Shown here: positions 45,486 to 47,044 of the stretch, piece after piece
How the letters are laid out: every line of letters begins with the position of its first letter
Position numbering within the stretch: the stretch's first letter is position 1
IMG/VR virus record: IMGVR_UViG_3300017903_002920
Span: 1-47,044 of that record
DNA from: a virus
Lineage: Duplodnaviria > Caudoviricetes
Direction: 5' to 3' (one strand)
DNA length: 47,044 bases
The notes under the pieces: model-generated
What the model was told of the DNA's origin: nothing
Database searches by the model: none
The model's input: only the letters and a program-made list of their open reading frames with translations
Made by a program: the position numbers and the translations under genes

Positions 45486-47044
45486 CAGTTACGCTCCTTT
45501 TTCAATTCTTCTACTTCTGCTTTCAGTTCCTTAATTGATTCAATCAACAAACCAACTAAGTTTCCATATGCAACAGTCTTGATTCCGTCTTCATTGGTGG
45601 TCACAACTTCAGGTAAAACTTCCTCAACCTCTTGTGCAATCACACCAGACTTTCTGGATTTATCATCTAAATCCTTACGTGTAAATGTTACACCACGAAG
45701 TTGTGATACTTTATCTAGTGCATTAGGAATAACTTCAACATCCTCTTTAAGTGTGATATCAGAGAAAGCAGTAACGTCACCTGTTGCAGTAAGTGCTCCA
45801 TAAATTTGTACGCCACCAGAAGTGGTCCTTAACCTTTCTCCATTGTTTTCATAAAGTCTAACATAAGTTCTTGCAGTGTTATACATTTCTAATATAGCGG
45901 TCTGATTGGTTCCACTAGTATTCTCACCTTGGTGATATGTATTACCGGCTGCGTGATTGTAGTTCCTCATAATGTTATTTGTACCATCGTGCCAAATTCT
46001 GTAGTCAGCACTACTCCCAATATAAATGACTTTATTATCGTTCATACGGATGGGACCGTTAAACTTTGTTTCTCTACCAGAGTACCACTGCATAAGAATA
46101 TCACTGTCCGATGAACTATCAATGTGAAGATTGGTTGAAGTTCTTATTCGGTGAATGTGAGTACTGTTTGTAGTAGACCAACCACCAATGTAAAGGTAGT
46201 CACTGGAGTAAGAAGAACTAGTAAAGACAGCACCCGCACCATTAGAGTTGGTAAAAAAGGCAGAACCACTTACGTCTAATCTATGTGTAGCACCGGGAAT
46301 AGTTGTATCAGATTCTCCATAACCAAGTCTCAATGAGTGAGCAACAGACAGTTTACCGTTAGTAGTCAATGCCATAGCACCTTGTGCCGTACTATGCCCA
46401 GTATCTCCCCACCAGAAACCACGATCATCCTCATTGTTGAACTGGAAAGTCATCCCCCAGTCGTTTAGACCACCAAAAGTGATGCCTGATTGCATTCCAA
46501 TAGTATAAGCACTGGAAGAATAGACACGAATTTTATCTCTGCTACTAGTATTAGGACCGTTAAGTAGATCAAAAGTAAGAGTTCCGTCAAAATCCTTATT
46601 TCCAGTAATAGTCTGAGTTCCACTCAGAGTCATCAAGTTTGATAGTTGAGTGCCATCAATAGTATCAGCATCAAGACCAGAACCTGAACCATCATTTGCT
46701 GCGTGCCAGACTTTATACTTTGCAGCACCTCTTGACCAACCACCCCAGAATAGGTCATTAGTTGTACCATCCAAACCAAAGTATGCTGCATAATCACTGC
46801 CAATATGGAAAGCCATTGCAGCATCTGTATTAGCAGTTGCCTGAAAAACTTCTAGTGGGAAAAGATTACCACTAGTAGAGTTTGCGGTTCTTCCAGAGAC
46901 ACACTGAAATCTGAGAACACGACCCGAAGTTGTTCCCACATAAGTATCAGAAGCATCAGACCTTAGGAAACTTCCAGAGTTAACACCATCGAGAGTATCA
47001 GCATCAAGACCAGAACCCGCACCATCTGAAAGACTTGTCCAGAT
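45485..47044 (-). CDS. Second tail-fibre-like protein with S74 chaperone, 5' end beyond the window
   Basis: The frame stays open to the window edge (IWTSLSDGAGSGLDADTLDG...) and ends AFSDITLKED...LRGVTF...GVIAQEVE. Confidence 0.9.
   Translation of the reverse strand: MWTSLSDGAGSGLDADTLDGVNSGSFLRSDASDTYVGTTSGRVLRFQCVSGRTANSTSGNLFPLEVFQATANTDAAMAFHIGSDYAAYFGLDGTTNDLFWGGWSRGAAKYKVWHAANDGSGSGLDADTIDGTQLSNLMTLSGTQTITGNKDFDGTLTFDLLNGPNTSSRDKIRVYSSSAYTIGMQSGITFGGLNDWGMTFQFNNEDDRGFWWGDTGHSTAQGAMALTTNGKLSVAHSLRLGYGESDTTIPGATHRLDVSGSAFFTNSNGAGAVFTSSSYSSDYLYIGGWSTTNSTHIHRIRTSTNLHIDSSSDSDILMQWYSGRETKFNGPIRMNDNKVIYIGSSADYRIWHDGTNNIMRNYNHAAGNTYHQGENTSGTNQTAILEMYNTARTYVRLYENNGERLRTTSGGVQIYGALTATGDVTAFSDITLKEDVEVIPNALDKVSQLRGVTFTRKDLDDKSRKSGVIAQEVEEVLPEVVTTNEDGIKTVAYGNLVGLLIESIKELKAEVEELKKERN

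Noticed and set aside
23534-47044. Diversity-generating retroelement or invertible fibre switch
   Set aside because: No reverse transcriptase or recombinase lies in the window, the repeats are direct, and mismatches are not confined to adenines.

Overview
This is a 47-kb segment of a T4-like marine cyanomyovirus (Synechococcus/Prochlorococcus-phage type, AT-rich), and almost all genes lie on the minus strand. In transcription order (right to left) it holds: a variable island upstream of the terminase (partial tail fibre with S74 chaperone, Gly-rich adhesin-like gene, probable internal head proteins); g17-g18-g19-g20-g21-g22-g23; a ~9-kb insertion between g23 and g3 (glycine-zipper protein, 2012-aa fibre with S74 chaperone, Gly-rich adhesin-like gene, short divergent flavin-dependent halogenase-like gene, and one plus-strand DUF1825-like gene); then g3, uvsY, uvsW, g55, g47, g46, CobT/CobS-like VWA-peptidase plus AAA pair, g45, g44, g62, regA, hsp20, g43, uvsX and a partial g41. 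The best leads are: (1) two paralogous fibre plus polyglycine-adhesin cassettes, one with a Trp/Tyr-rich loop next to a halogenase-like gene; (2) two candidate small RNAs flanking hsp20, each running from a late promoter to a terminator; (3) a back-to-back sigma70 promoter pair at g55 sharing one -35 site; (4) a repeated AA[CG]TG[GT]C[AT]CA-N29/30-(-10) promoter architecture; (5) an internal protein with a capsid-targeting sequence beside a modular protein that may be cut by the prohead protease. All calls come from motif recognition by eye. No database searches or folding programs were run. I saw no tRNA, CRISPR array, intron, intein or reverse transcriptase.
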